Source of the DNA: Pecten maximus
Lineage: Eukaryota
Length of the DNA: 64,000 nt
Direction of reading: 5' to 3'
NCBI RefSeq assembly: GCF_902652985.1
Contig: NC_047020.1
Location: forward strand, 40,176,001-40,240,000
Made by a program: the position numbers and the translations under genes. Below the pieces are notes generated by a model. The model did no database searches. It was not told the origin of the DNA and worked only from the letters and a program-made list of their open reading frames with translations. Positions 37,701 to 52,600 of this stretch are shown here, one piece after another. Numbering within the stretch: position 1 is the stretch's first letter; each line of letters starts with the position of its first letter.

Positions 37701-38462
37701 GGGTTCTTACACGCAGTAAATACAACCGGTATAATAGTTTCCCTTGCCTGTGCGAGTTGCTTTATAATCAGCTCTCGATAACATATCAAAATAACCATTT
37801 CCATATTCATTATTTTGACATTAGTAACAATATTTGCTTGTGATGAAACTAGAAATCTGTATTTTTTTTTTCTTTTTTGTTTTTTTTTTGTTTTGTTTGT
37901 TTGTTTGTTTGTTTTTTTGTTTTGTTTCCGTGACTGTGTAAATTGCTTACTGCTATAAGAAATCAAGAACATGCAAATAGTGTGCCACGCCAATCATCAT
38001 GACGACGCAGGCATGTAGGATATGGAGAGAACCGAGAGCCACACAACAATCTTATCGTTTTGTAAACACTTGATTTGTCCAAAGACCCTATGCCTCATAT
38101 CAGACAAAACGATACGATAGTGATAAATGACCAGTGGGCATGAGCTTATGCCGGTAAAATGTAGATAGAGGACGGTAGTATTTTTCCGAAACAGACTTTA
38201 GGATTACCTAATAATAATGTCTTTTTTTCACGTCATAAAATGTTAGCTGTTTGAATCAAATAGGAGTCCTATTTCAAGAACTTTGGAATTGTGTGTTCCA
38301 TTTTTCGAGGACCGGGAAATCCTGAGTGTTATTCACCCGCTGCACGTTACGATATCGACTGAAATTATCAAGCAGGAAATCTTATTGAGGTGGTTACACA
38401 AATGAACAGGAATTACACGAATGAACAGGAATTCTTATTTTTACAGATTTATCACATCAGAA

Positions 38463-41412
38463 ATGGTTTCAAAAGTAGGTATATTTTGCTTGTATATTGT
38501 TTACTTGCGTCTTTAAGTAGTGCATTCTGTTATATCAATCCTAAAACAGTGTTTGATTTAGTATAATCGATCAGACATACGTGTTTTTTGTTTATCTGTT
38601 TTTTTTTCAGCAATAGATCCTTTGGATTGATTTGATTGCTGATAAGGATTTGTTTACATATGATTTTACTTAAAGTTATGAATCAATGGACATCCCCAGT
38701 AGAATTTTTGGGATGGTAGGTTTTTTAATTCAAGGGACAATAAAGTGACCCAAATTGATATGAATTCCCCATTATAGGGTGTTAATCCCCATACAAATTA
38801 TGATGATCATGAGAAAATAGTATTCAGACATTTTAAAGTGTTGAACACTTTTGGTGTCGTTTATTCGATTTTTATTTTAATTCCAATTTTGAAAAATCCG
38901 AATTTTTTTAATTGATACAATATGTGCTAAATTATAAAAATGCTTTCCTTGCATTTTTATCCTCAATTTTTCATCAGTTTAAGACAGTTTAAATCAACAT
39001 AATCTCATAATAGTATGTTTTGAATATAGAAGTTTCGTTGTATATCAGTGTAAATTCTTCACGTATATATATATATAATTTGTTTGTTTTTAATGTCCTA
39101 TCAACACCCAGGGTCATTATATAAATGATTCATGGATTCTACATTTGAATGTAGATCCTGATAATATCAAGCATACATTAGACAAATTCAAGTTGAAATG
39201 TTGACTAGATTGACTATTTAAATATCCAGAAACAGGCATATTATCAGAAATTTAAAAGATAACAAATTTTGACCTAAGCATTTATCTAACCCACAACTTA
39301 TATTAAAAGACGTTACAACATTGTTTGTCTTTTGTATTATCATTTAAAAAAAAAGTTTTGATATTCTCTGTACACAATGATATCGAATTAATGAATTGAG
39401 TCATATTCTACGGAAGTCTATTTGTGTCAAATTGATAAAAATTTAATTGTTGGTTACTCGTTACATCGGGAAAAACGAAACAAAATACGTATTCACGCGA
39501 ATATTTGCGTTTTACGTAGAAAAAGATGTAATAACAAGAAAAACGCGTATATACGCGAAAATAAACGTAAATACGAAAAACACGCCAAAAAAACCCCCAA
39601 AAAAAACAAAAACAAAAAAACCCCTCACACGAACGCAAATCAAAACACGTAAATATTGATTTTTCCTCTTTGTTTTTCACAGGTCAGAAGGTATATCGTG
39701 ATAATTTTTGGATTGGGAAGTATATTGACTTTCCAAATTTTCTTTCAATTCCAATGCATGAAATCACCAGACTATCGCTGGTCTGAAATCTGCAACACGC
39801 CAGACTCAGAGAAAGTGGATATTTCATCAATACAAATAAACGTGTCAAACATCCCTCGACAGATATTTGATGTAGCAATGTATCTCAAAAGCGCGAGGAT
39901 ACACGCACGGGGATCTAAAACACAAAGGGCATTAAAATATGCAAGTGAACACATGGACGCAATACTGAAAGGATTTGGAACCTCCTTTGAAGACGTCACA
40001 AAACGGAAAGTATATGAACCCAGTAGTATGTGTCCCGAGTATCACGATGATAAAATTAATCGTTACAGAATCAGAGAATGTTCCCATGCCAAGCCTCTAG
40101 AAGAGATAGTCACAATTATTCGTCTTGACCATGGCTCATCTACAGACAAAGTGTTATTAAAGATACGTACGATAGAAACATCCCAATGATAGTTGGTGAC
40201 TACGATGGGAATGTTAAGGAAAAGAGTAATGTACGTGTAAAGCACATGGCATCTACGACAACAGAAGGGGATGCATTGAATACATTAATGGAAGAAGTGA
40301 AAACCGAATATACATTGGTTTTAAGAAATGTGACGGAATTGGATTCAAATGCACAAATCGAACGACTTGTGCGTGAGATTGAGAGTCTAAATGTTAACGC
40401 AGTAGGCGGGGCTATCAGAAACTCTGATAATATTTGGAGGTTAGGTTGTCATCAGAGAGTGTTCCGGAACTACACATTGGTATACGAGGAAGGATATGAT
40501 GAGTCAATGCACGACTGTGTGTTTTGTGATCACGTGGACGGACCATTTCTGATAAAAACCAAAATATTAAAAACAATCAAATTTGATAGTATTTTGACAC
40601 CAATGGGATTGTACGAGGACTTCTTCATGAGACTTAATACGGAAGTTGCTATCTGTCCTGACGCCTTGTTTGATATGGATTTTCCACGCCGTAGTGAGCT
40701 GACAAAAGACTGGGAGAAGTTTGGACGAAAACGGAATCTTTACAAGTTAAAGTTTTCTTTTGGACTAACAATACATTTTGGATGCAATTACGCGTATCCA
40801 TGCGAAAGAATAAAAGGATTTATTAGATCACCGTGCTGTATTCAGGAATTGGCAGATTTAATTTATGGTTTCATGGACATGTGTGAAAAGGTGAAAGGAT
40901 CGTGTCAGTTGAATTGTGGAACTGTCCTTGGAACAGTGAAAATGTATAATGCGATTCCATGGGAAGAAGACGCAGATCTCAACTTTAGGTGTCATGACTT
41001 CACAAAATTGAAAAATGCCTCATCAAAACTGAGTTCCAGTGGCATACGGGTCGGAGTGGAACATTTAAGTAATTGTACTCCAACTGCTATTCCGGCACAA
41101 TTAGGTGCAAGGTCCAAACACTGGCATGCGGATATCTGGTCACGTTATACGATGGAATCCTACGAAGTAAGATCTAAACATCGAAATTTTACCAGAATTC
41201 CATTTAATGGACGTTTAGTACACGGAATGAGAAACCCAGTGTTATTTACACGTATTTCGTATTCAGATATCTTCATGCATCAACAGCATTTCAGAGAAGT
41301 TGGATTTGGGAGGGTTAAACAATTTTCAAAGTGTCCGAAAGTAAACGGTCATGACTGCATAGACAATTACTATGAAGATGGAAATATTCAGTTCCGTGAC
41401 CCGGTGGCATAA
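38463..41412 (+). CDS. Fukutin-related protein-like / LicD-family phosphotransferase, type II membrane protein, interrupted by one frameshift
   Basis: Micro-exon 38463-38474 (MVSK then gtaggt) splices to the acceptor before 39683 (VRRYIVIIFGLGSILTFQIFF, a signal anchor). The second ORF has FKRP-like motifs CDHVDGPFL, TPMGLYEDFF, SPCCIQELADL and the LicD signature GTVLGTVK...IPWEEDADL. ORFs 39656-40189 and 40186-41412 are offset by -1. It may be a pseudogene or an assembly error. Confidence 0.8.
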
Positions 41413-44115
41413 TTTGTTTAAGCTGCGAAATCGATCATGGTAGTTCAATTGAGAAAAGAGCAAATCACAAAATAGAATTATTATTTAACTGTATTTGATA
41501 TCAAAGAATTCATATTTTACAGATACGCCATTGATTTTTAGTTTAGATTTAGATTAGATTTAGATTAGGGGACATAGTTTAGAGCAAATATAACATATTT
41601 CTCTTTTGTCATTTTGATTTTTATTTCTACTTAATGGATCTTTTTCTAAGAAATTAAGTAATCAATGAAGCTAACTAACTTACAAACTAATCAGGTATAA
41701 GTGTTATCGCCCCTCAAAATTAAAGTACACAACATCCACCCTCAACTTAGCTACAAAGTAAAATAACATTACAATTGTATAAAATCATTCGGGGGTGGCT
41801 TGTTTGAAAGAAACAACTATGAAGAATGAATGTTAGCTTATTAAATTATTGTATGGGAAACCATCTTCACTACATTGTGAATAAAATACGGATAACTGCA
41901 ATTAAGTAACTTAAGGTCGTACGATCTAACTGTGTTAACATCATTCAGGAAAAGAACGTCAGGTGGAATAAATGGAAAAATAAATAAATATAAAAATAAA
42001 CCCACCTTAATCTTATTTATTTTTTTCAATTTCACATTGTTCTTGCTGTTATTCTTGTTAGGTGTGGAGAGATATTAATTTTACGTCCGCTACGCGATAA
42101 AAAAATCATCGATTTTTACATTTGAATCCCATATTGTGTAGAGACGGTCGCCATCTTGGAAGGTCATCTGAACCTTATTTAGATTTCATTAAACGTTACC
42201 TTACTATTCGGCAAAACCGATATGAACAGAGTGAAGGAAGACGCTCTGTGTTATGACATTATTTAAAGCTTCTTGACTTGATTTTTTTGTATTCCGGTGC
42301 AGAACGTTTTCGTTATCTATTTTACAACATGAAGGTCATATCAACAGATCAACTTGGTGATATATGCCTCTAGTTCACAAAGAGTGACTTGATGATAAGA
42401 GCTCAGGCAATGGTGGTGATTTACTGAGACTTGTCGCTAAAATAGATATCAGCCTTCAATAGATAATGATATAGATGAATGTGTGTTACACCCAGAGAAA
42501 CGTACGACCGGCTGGAAAATGACTGAGGTTAATTCTATTTCATGAAATTTTCTACCAGATAAACATTAACATAATCATTAATTATTTACATGTATAAGGT
42601 TTAAGAAAAAAATAAAGAAAAAAAATATTATTTCCATAGATGTGTATTTAGAGTGAATGAAACGTAGATAAATACCTGCTGAGCTTCCTTATAAAATAGT
42701 TAAAGGAGAAAAACAGTATGATTTATATAGTCATTCTGATATTTGACTTTCTGTAGGTGGAAAATAACAATAAACACGATTTGCAGTTTACTTTAAATTC
42801 CCAAAAAAATAAAATAAATTAAAACAAAATGAAATAAAATAAAATAAATAAATAAATAAAAAGTAGTTCAAGTGTGTTGAAGTGTCCAAGTTCATCATTA
42901 ACCTAATGTTTGCTTAATCTAGAAGGGTGTTGTCGGGGCAGGATTCACTACAGTCCACTATCGAATCGCAACGATCTTCCAGTGACTGATCAAAGTTAAT
43001 GTATATTTTGAGACCCTGGGAATTGGAGACGTTTTAGTCTATGACCATCCTTCCCCTTGAAGGGACACGCCTTCTTAAGTCAATTAGATATTGGGGTTGG
43101 GTTGGATGAATCCTAGATATCTAAAAGCATCCCGTTTGTTTTACTTGCTATGGTTTTCCTATTCGATACCTAGGTATATTGTGTCAATGTTTATATTATC
43201 TAAGATAAAATAAACCATATGGTATTTCAATGTGTTATGCTGTTCACATAAAAACTTATTTACACCAGAAAAATACATCTATGATATAGATATTCCAAAA
43301 AATTGACGGTTGTTTATCATGTTTATCTTACTCGAATTAGAGGAATATGTTAATAACATTGCTTTTTTACCTACAAATGTAAGTTTGTCTAGTTGAAATT
43401 CTCCCAACGTAGCAAATTAATTCTGTGAACCGAATCATTACGCGACAAAATATAGTTCGTGATGAAGGAAAGTTTATTATTATTTTAGGTGCACTACTAA
43501 TATCATTTGTACCATATTTGGAATTGATATAATTTTTGCAAAATAAAATTTTGGTTTGTCATTGCGTTTGTGTTTTATCAATAGAACAATTGTTTAAAAG
43601 CTTCCACTCAGATATTGAAAGACGACATTATTAGACTAATTATACCGTCAGATTTAACTATAGGTCCTTTCCTGGATTTCAAAGGTAGGCTATTATTGTT
43701 TATAGTGGTGTGAAATGTCCATCTTGAGATTTATTCATTCAAGACACCAAGCATTTCAACAAATATTTCGGAAACCGAGTTGTAGCGCTGAGTGACGTGT
43801 GTATTTTAAATTTGTCAGTGTGCTTACAAGAAATCGGTTATCAGTTTACGATACAAATTCATACTCAAGGTGTGTGGAATGATAAAAAATGTTTTTTTTG
43901 GTCGTTTTTTTTTCTTTCTTCTGTTAGTACAATATTCGTACCGAATGACACCGACCTAGCTTGAAAGGGAAGTTAGGAAAAGGAATGCTCGAGTCTTTTT
44001 TTTTTTTTTTTTTTCAACAAATCAATTTTAATCCCCCATCTATTAGAAAGCTGCTGGGTTTGGGGAGCCCCGGGGTCAGCTCTTTGACAATAATGTGTCC
44101 TCATACAAGAGGGCT

Positions 44116-44257
44116 NNNNNNNNNNNNNNNNNNNNNNNNNNNNNNNNNNNNNNNNNNNNNNNNNNNNNNNNNNNNNNNNNNNNNNNNNNNNNNNNNNNNN
44201 NNNNNNNNNNNNNNNNNNNNNNNNNNNNNNNNNNNNNNNNNNNNNNNNNNNNNNNNN
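44116..44257. other. Assembly gap (N run)
   Basis: Run of n. Confidence 1.
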
Positions 44258-46625
44258 TTATTATTAATACAATAATTATAAGGTAACATCAATTGTAAAA
44301 CATAATACTATAACGTTTGCGTAGCTATGAATATAATATTGTTGTTGCATTAAAAAAGTTTCGTGTAAAAAAAAAAATAGTAATTGACAAAAATACGCTT
44401 CTTCAGTCTGTTATGTAATTTCAAGACAGCTTCTTTTTAATCTAGCAAGGCTATATTTATATATATATATATTTAATTATATGTCCGATGAGCGTGTGTT
44501 AATAATAGAAGTGATTATTTTTGTTTTTTCAAAAATAAAGGGGGAAAAACAGCAATAGGTAGTATAGTGTTAATTTCCCTTTATGGAGCCTCACACATTC
44601 CGCGGCGTACTGGAAGTATCGATATGACTAGTACTGTCGTGTGCTCGAGTCTTACGCCTACGTTTGAAGGCACGACCGTTTCATTTAAATGACTAGGATA
44701 GGAACAGCGATTTAATCATTTTGTCGTACATTTGTTAATTGTCTTGATTATTTAGTCATGGCTATCGGGGTGTGACCATCATGAATCACTGTGGAGGTGG
44801 GGATGTAAATTTCACCATCATCGAAGTCTATTTCGTACGAATCGATCCTAGATTGATATACCTTACAATGAGGACATTCCTCTCACCCATTTTGTCACCC
44901 CCCCACCCCCCGGCAAAACGTGTCCTTATTGGTTTTTTTGAATGATAGACGACAAAAAGAATAAGTGAGAGATGTAAAAGTAGTCAAGGTCAAAGGCCAG
45001 ATGTTAGCCAATCAGAATTGTTGGAGTTCATAAATGATCAATCAGTGGCTTTAAAAACAATAACACGAATTTTAGTACGTGTCATATCAGTTGTGAAACA
45101 AGCGTAGTTATGGGATAAATCTATATCATAATCTATAATTGAATCTATGTTATACATCCTTGTTTGCATGTACATCCTTAAATTCCATTCCATATTTAAG
45201 TAAATGTACATGTGTGTTATATAAAGAAACGCATGTAAAAATGTGGTACTGTTGGTATTGTCATCGACAACGTGCATGCCAGGAACGTTTAGTATACCCC
45301 GGTATCTTGTCATTTTGAAATGCTTATTGTAATCTGACAAAGGAATCAAATCTGACAGCTTGTTTCAATATCATGTATGTTTGGTCATATCCTGGTCAGG
45401 TGTGTATGGATAAGCCCATACATCTAACAACATTTAAAGACTCTAGTTGCGTGTGTGCCATAATTTACTCTATGTCATAATCTGTTCAAAATGTAATGTA
45501 TGTTTATGGTTCATTGCAAGCGTATTTTTTATAAAGTATAAAAATTACAAACGACAAAAATCAGATTCATCATCAAAACAGAAAAAAAAAAAAAAAAAAA
45601 GGCTTGACACGGTCTCTATGAATAAATAACCAATGAAAAGCGAAATGGGTTTCTCTGCTGGTAAAGGATGTGTACCTTCTGCAGGTTTTAGTTTGAACAA
45701 CATTTAACTTACAGATGTATTTTTACACAAGAAATAGAAATATGCGTATGATACCATTTAAAATAACGCAATACACGGTGTCTGTGAGCAGTATCACGTG
45801 TATGCATATTTTTTAAACGTATGGTCTTCTGCCACCATATTTACTTTAATTCATTAAAAGATTTTAATTCAATTAATCTTTTTACATAATAGTATTTTGT
45901 AGAAGTCACCAAAATAAAATTGTATATATATGTGATACATAATGTTATGTACATCTATATAACATCATTTAAGCAGAGTACATTCAAAGTCATTAAAGTT
46001 TTAATCAGCATAATGTATATTAGAGTTCCAAAGTATGACTGTTAGGAAAGTATATCAAATATTATCATATAATCACCAGCAGGTTTTTCTACTACCCAGC
46101 AGAAATGTGTTTCCTTTTTTTTTTAATATATATTTTACACTGATAAACGTACCTGGTGTCGGTTTTTTTTTATCACAGAGTGCTTTCCAACCTTCTAATA
46201 ATGAACACCGGGGGTGTCATTTTTACTGATATTTAATCTACCGCCCTCCCTGCCCCCAAACCCTCTGCCCCCGTCTGAAAATGTGTTATATACACGAGGG
46301 AAGGTCAAAATACACGTTAGTGGTAACAAATAACGAAACGTAATATCCCGTGACATAACCGTAATTGAAACTATTGGCCCCGTATCTTTGATGTAGTCGA
46401 CCCGTTACGAGTAGATCGTTGCCATTCTATAGATTACGAACCTCCACTACAACACCCAAATGGGATTGATCAAACGTTCGGTCTGAATGATTAATTGGAA
46501 CACTTCTTCAAAACTCTTGATTTATTATGACAGATACCAAAATGCATTAAACACACTACCGTGTACTGATATCAAGGACATTTTATTCTCATTCGGGGTC
46601 GTGTTTCTGATGGTGGCGGCATACA

Positions 46626-49600
46626 ATGGGAAATACACAGTAAGTCTTTATTCATTTAAGATATATTTCATCAAAGAAAACATCCCATGATGGTGACATC
46701 ATCGTAAATGATAATTATGGTTCAATTGATGTTTCAATAAATACGAAAATCAAGTAACATTAAATACATAATACGAGTAGTCAAATACATTTAAATGTAG
46801 AGAGTGAGGAATGCCAACATCACTGATAGAGCATTTTATTATAGAACAAAAAACGAAGAAGACAAAGGTCAAGAAAAGGAGGACAAGAAAGTTGCTAATG
46901 AGGAGGACAAAGAAGAAGAGAATAAAGAGAACAAAGAAGAGGGAAATGAGGAGAACAAAGGAGAAGAAAATAAAGAGAACAAAGAAGAGGAAAATGTCGA
47001 TAACAAAGTAGAGGAAAGTGAAGAGGACAAAGAAGAGGAAAATGAGGAGAACAAAGAAGAGGAAAATGAGGAGGTCGAACAGAGGTAGATATATGATAAG
47101 CTTGAAAATAAACTTGATCTTGATAAAGATATTTGATTGATTAAATTATTTATATGCATATATCAAATAACTTTCCTGTTCATATTTTCTTTTATAATTT
47201 TATTTTGACGTTCTAAATAGACAACGAGCGCATTACTATGTGTTTCAGGTCAATCAGAAATACAATACAAGAGGCCCATGGGGCCTGTATCGCTCATCTG
47301 GTTGGATTAGACCAAATGTCAAAATAATGTTCATATACAATTTGTTTTATTTGTAAATCTCAAACAATGCTATATATGGTTATAGTGTGGGAATCCGTAC
47401 TGCTTTATAGATTAATGAAGTCCAGACTCTCTAAGGTCTGAAAGACCTCAAGAATTGTTTTTAGAACATGCATTCATCACTTTATGACTAGTAGCGATTT
47501 AAAGGAACTACCTCTATTTCCCATATTGGGCCCCGTCCCTTGGGCCTCTTTGGGGTCAGAGTCACCATTTATGCAAAATCTGTTCCCCTTCCCCCAAGGA
47601 TGTTTCTGACCAAATTGGGTTCAAATCCATTCATAGCTTAATAACTAGTAGCGATTTAAAGGAATTACCTCTATTTCCCCTATTGGGCCCCGCCCCTTTG
47701 CCCCCTTTGGGGTCAGAACCACCATTTATGCAAAATCTGTTTCCTTTTCCCCCAAGGATGTTTCTGACCAAATTGGGTTCAAATCCATTCATAACTTTAT
47801 GACTAGTAGCGATTCAAAGGAATTACCTCTATTTCCCCTATTGGGTCCCTTTGGGGTCAGAGTCACCATTTATGCAAAATCTGTTCCCTTTCCCCCAAGG
47901 ATGTTTCTGACCAAATTGGATTCAAATCCATACATAACTTTATGACTAGTAGCGATTTAAAGGAATTAACTCTATTTCCCCTATTGAGCCCCGCCCCTTT
48001 GGCCCCTTTGGGGTCAGAGTCACCATTTATGCAAAATCTGTTCCCCTTCCCCCAAGGATGTTTCTGACCAAATTGGGTTCAAATCCATACATAACTTGAT
48101 GACAAGAAGCGATTTAAAGGAATAACCTCTATTTCCCCTATTGAGCCCCGCCCCTTTGGCCCCTTTGGGGTCAGAGTCACCATTTATGCAAAATCTGTTC
48201 CCCTTCCCCCAAGGATGTTTCTGACCAAATTGGGTTCAAATCCATACATAACTTGATGACAAGAAGCGATTTAAAGGAATAACCTCTATTTCCCCTATTG
48301 GGCCCCGCCCCTTTGACCCCTTTGGGATCAGAGCCACCATTTATGCAAAATCTGTTCCCCTTCCCCCAAGGATGTTTTTGACCAAATTGGGTTCAAATCC
48401 ATTCATAACTTTATGACTAGTAGCGATTTAAATGAATTACCTCTATTTCCCCTATTGGGCCCTGCCCCTTTGGACCCTCGGGGGTCAGAGCCACCATTTA
48501 TGCAAAATCTATTCCCCTTCCCCAAGGATGTTTCTGACCTAATTGGGTTCATATCCATTCATAACTTTATGACTAGTAGCGATTTAAAGGAATTACCTCT
48601 ATTTCCCCTTATGGGCCCCGTCGCTTTGACCCCTTTGGGGTAAGAGTCACCATTTATGCAAAATCTGTTCCCTTCCCCCAAGGATGTTTCTGACTAAATT
48701 GGGTTCAAATCCATTCATAACTTTATGACTAGTAGCGATTTACAGGAATTACCTCTATTTCCCCTATTGAGCCCCGCCCCTTTGGCCTCTTTGGGGTCAG
48801 AGCCACCATTTATGCAAAATCTGTTCCCCTTCCCCCAAGGATATTTCGGAACAAATTGCGTTCAAATCCATTCATAACTTTATGACAAGTAGCGATTTAA
48901 AGGAATTACCTCTATTTCCCCTATTGGGCCCCACCCCTTTGGCCCCTTTGAGGTCAGAGCCACTATTTATGCAAAATCTGTTCCCCTTCTCCCAAGGATG
49001 TTTCTGACCAAATTGGGTTCAAATCCATTCATAACTTTATGACTAGTAGCGATTTAAAGGAATTAACTCTATTCCCCCTATTGAGCCCCGCCCCTTTGGC
49101 CCCTTTGGGGTAAGAGCCACTATTTATGCAAAATCTGATTGCCTTCCCCCAAGGATGTTTCTGAACAAATTGGGTTTAAATCCATTCATAACTTTATGAC
49201 TAGTAGCGATTTAAAGGAATTACCTCTATTTCCCCTATTGGGCCCCGCCCCTTTGGACCCTCGGGGGTCAGAGCCACCATTTATGCAAAATCTGTTCCTC
49301 TTCTCCATAGGATGTTTCTGAGCAAATTGGGTTCAAATCCATTCATAACTTTATGACTAGTAGACATTTAAATGAATTACCTCTATTTCCCCTTATGGGC
49401 CCCGTCGCTTTGACCCCTTTGGGATAAGAGTCACCATTTATGCAAAATCTGTCAAAATCCAATAAGAACTTTTTGACTAGTAGCGATTTGAAGCAAATGT
49501 TGACGGACGACGGACGGGCGACGGACGCTGCGCCATGACATAAGCTCACCGGACCTTCGGTCCAGGTGAGCTAATAATTAAACATGTCAATAAGACATTC

Positions 49601-52600
49601 TGTATTATAAAGATATTTATCTAAACTGTTTTCAAGAGAACTGCGTATTATTTAGAAATAAAATTTAGATAAGGCCTTGGTAGATTTCAGCTAGAGTACT
49701 AACTCCGACTGCCAATGCACACTCAATATAATGAACCAATTGCCTCATTAAAATTCACTAGGGAACAGAAGATTACAGCATAAACCTTCCATTATATATC
49801 GCGCTGATAACAGTCTGGATCAATATTTCACTTCAATATAATTTATGATTTGTTGAAACTGTATTTTATACAATGTAAGTTTAACACCTCAGTAAGAAAC
49901 GAGTGCTAGGTACTTATATAGATTCGTCTCCTTCTGTCTTTTGTTTATTTTACGATTAACTGATATGATACTGAAAGTTTGTTCCTTTTAAACCCGATAT
50001 ATTTCCGACCGTTTTATGCGATACAAAAAAACGTAGGATGTGAAACCCACAGTATATGCTGAATTTATCGATCTTAAACCCATGAAAATGATTTCACTCA
50101 TAATAAACGCGGTAAATATGCTTACTAATTATCACATTCTTCACAGAGCAATCCCGTGGTTGTAAGTATTGCATAATTCTATCTCATACTCGTCAGGACA
50201 GGTTACACTCGCTACGACCTATTTACAATTGCCTGACGTCATCATTTCATGTAGTATCACCACGTCACGATTTGATAACGTCATCAATTTTGGCGCACAG
50301 TTTCATTGGAAATTGAAGATGCTGAGATGAAAAAGACCCCAAACACCTTACAATTTGTTCCTTTTTAAGGAATAGTATGTGAAAAAAATAATCAAGCATG
50401 GGCCTGTACAGGGATGTCTCAACCCAAGTGTAAGTTTGGCTGGAATGCACTCGGCAAGCCTCGTGCAGACCAGCAAAACCCTTGGGGTGAGATATTTTTG
50501 TCCACGGCACAGCCCCATGTAAGAATTTTTTTATTAATCTAAGATGTTCTTATCATTGTAGTTTTACTCTGCTTCTCCAAAGCTTACATTATATGGGAGT
50601 TCGACATCTAAAGGGATAACTTTTTATTTTTTTTATTTAAGAGGAAAGCTTTTAAATTGATTGTATTCAAAGGGATAACATTTAACTTGATTGTGTTTAT
50701 GGCATAACATTGAAAGTATTTTATTGAAAGGGCTAATATTTAACATTACTGAATCTAACGTTTTAAAGGTGATTTATATAACAGGAAATATTAATCGTGT
50801 TTGTATTTAATGGGATATAATTGATTATGATTGTATTTAAAGGGACAACATTTATCGTGATAATTTAAAGGGGGTAACATTGATCATGATTGTATTAAAA
50901 CTGGTAACATTAACTTGTTTAGGTAAATGTCTAGCTTTGAAATTTTGATTAACCCTTTAACACTTGTTTTAATTAAATTTATATTACAAGGGATAAGATG
51001 TTCATCCTTTCGCAATATTTAGAATAGCTATTGGAGAGGACTAACTTACATTTACAACATTCGTATCTCGACCCTTTAACAGTCAGGACTCTTTCCTTAT
51101 TGCTTATGGCTAAATTACTTAACATATTACATGATAGCCGTCATATACTATCCAATTTGGGTAAAGTATCTTTCCTAAGGACACAGCCACAGCATAACAG
51201 GATGGTCCCTGATCTCAGCTTTAATAAAAAAAAAACTCAAATTGGTTCGGGTAGAGGTCGAACATTCAATAAGATTTACCTAAGATTTTCGATCCTTTAC
51301 CGACTTGCCATGTCTGCCCGCTTGCCTATTGCAAAGTTTCCACCATTGTGCAATCCTGAAACTTTGATGCAGTTATTCGTACATATCTTTTGTTATTTAT
51401 ATTTGAAAATTTCTGTTTACCTTTCTCTCCAGAAAAGCATCTGTGTTGATAATGCCATGGAGTAACGAAGAACGAAATCAGAGGTTTTCTGAGTTAAAAG
51501 TCCGGAGGGATGAAGACTTAGTATCAACAATATTTAACGTCAAGATTCAAGAAATAGAACAAAAAAAGAACGAAGAATCTGAGTCAGCTACAGAAAGGAC
51601 ACTTAATGATGAAACTGAAGAGACACCAGTTAGATCTGTGCGGTTTCAATACAACTCACGAGGACTCGAGGAAACTGCTTGTATTCATTCTGAAGTTGAT
51701 AGTACTGACGATGAGAAAACTGTTGACTACATTACATTGTCACTAGAAGTGGAAATCGCCAAAAACCTCGTGATTTACACTTTTCACCAATACAACGGAA
51801 GGGAGTGGACCAAATCAGAAATAGAACAGAAGGTTTGTATGAATATAAATTCCGCATAGACAATAAGTGACCTTTGTAATAGGCAGAGTATATGACGACT
51901 AATGAATGTTATTATACCTCATGTTTGTAAAAGTGTTATTCATTATTTGGATTACATCACATGATAGAGAGACAATCATCGAATCTCATCCGAGGGAAAT
52001 CCAACCTTTGATTTCCCTCGGATCTTTGTCGCCATGGCCATCTTCCGTCATATTTGTTCGCGTCTCCTTACCGGTTGTTTACAAATGGTAAGCAAGCACA
52101 AACACAAGGGTTTCCATTCAGTCGAAGAAGAAGAAAAATATAAAATAAGAATGCTTAAAACAAGCAGAAATCAACACATTTATTGGTCAACTAGGGTGAA
52201 TTGGTAGGGTTCCGACTTTTCAATTGAGTTACTTAGATGCAGCTCTCAAACCAAATTTTTGACACGGTGAAGTGAGTTTTTTTTAACGAGAATGTGTTCG
52301 TTTGGTTTGTGCTCTTGCGGTGTTATAAACAATTTATGTCCCTATTTGCAGGGTATATGAAGGTTTATTTACCCATAGGGAAAAAAACTGACCCTTACTG
52401 CAAAACCGACCCTTACAGCTTTTTAGTCTTTCAAGAACAAATCAGTTATGCTTGAGTACACAAGACGATTTATCGTTCCTGCGCTTTCGATCAGTCTGAT
52501 GTAATTTTACAAGGAAGAAAACACTCTTGTTCGTATGTTGAGTTCTTTAATCACAAGAGTTTGTTTGATTTTACGCTTATATTTTGGCGTTAAACGTCCT

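Noticed and set aside
40150-40165. Programmed -1 ribosomal frameshift in the FKRP-like gene
   Set aside because: No canonical slippery heptamer in the ORF1 frame and no evident downstream stimulatory structure.
51031-51465. 144-aa ORF, and other track ORFs such as 14625-15038, 37577-37993, 46869-47159, 48413-48643 and the N-spanning ORFs
   Set aside because: Intronic, low-complexity, antisense to real exons, repeat-derived or gap artefacts; no recognisable motifs.
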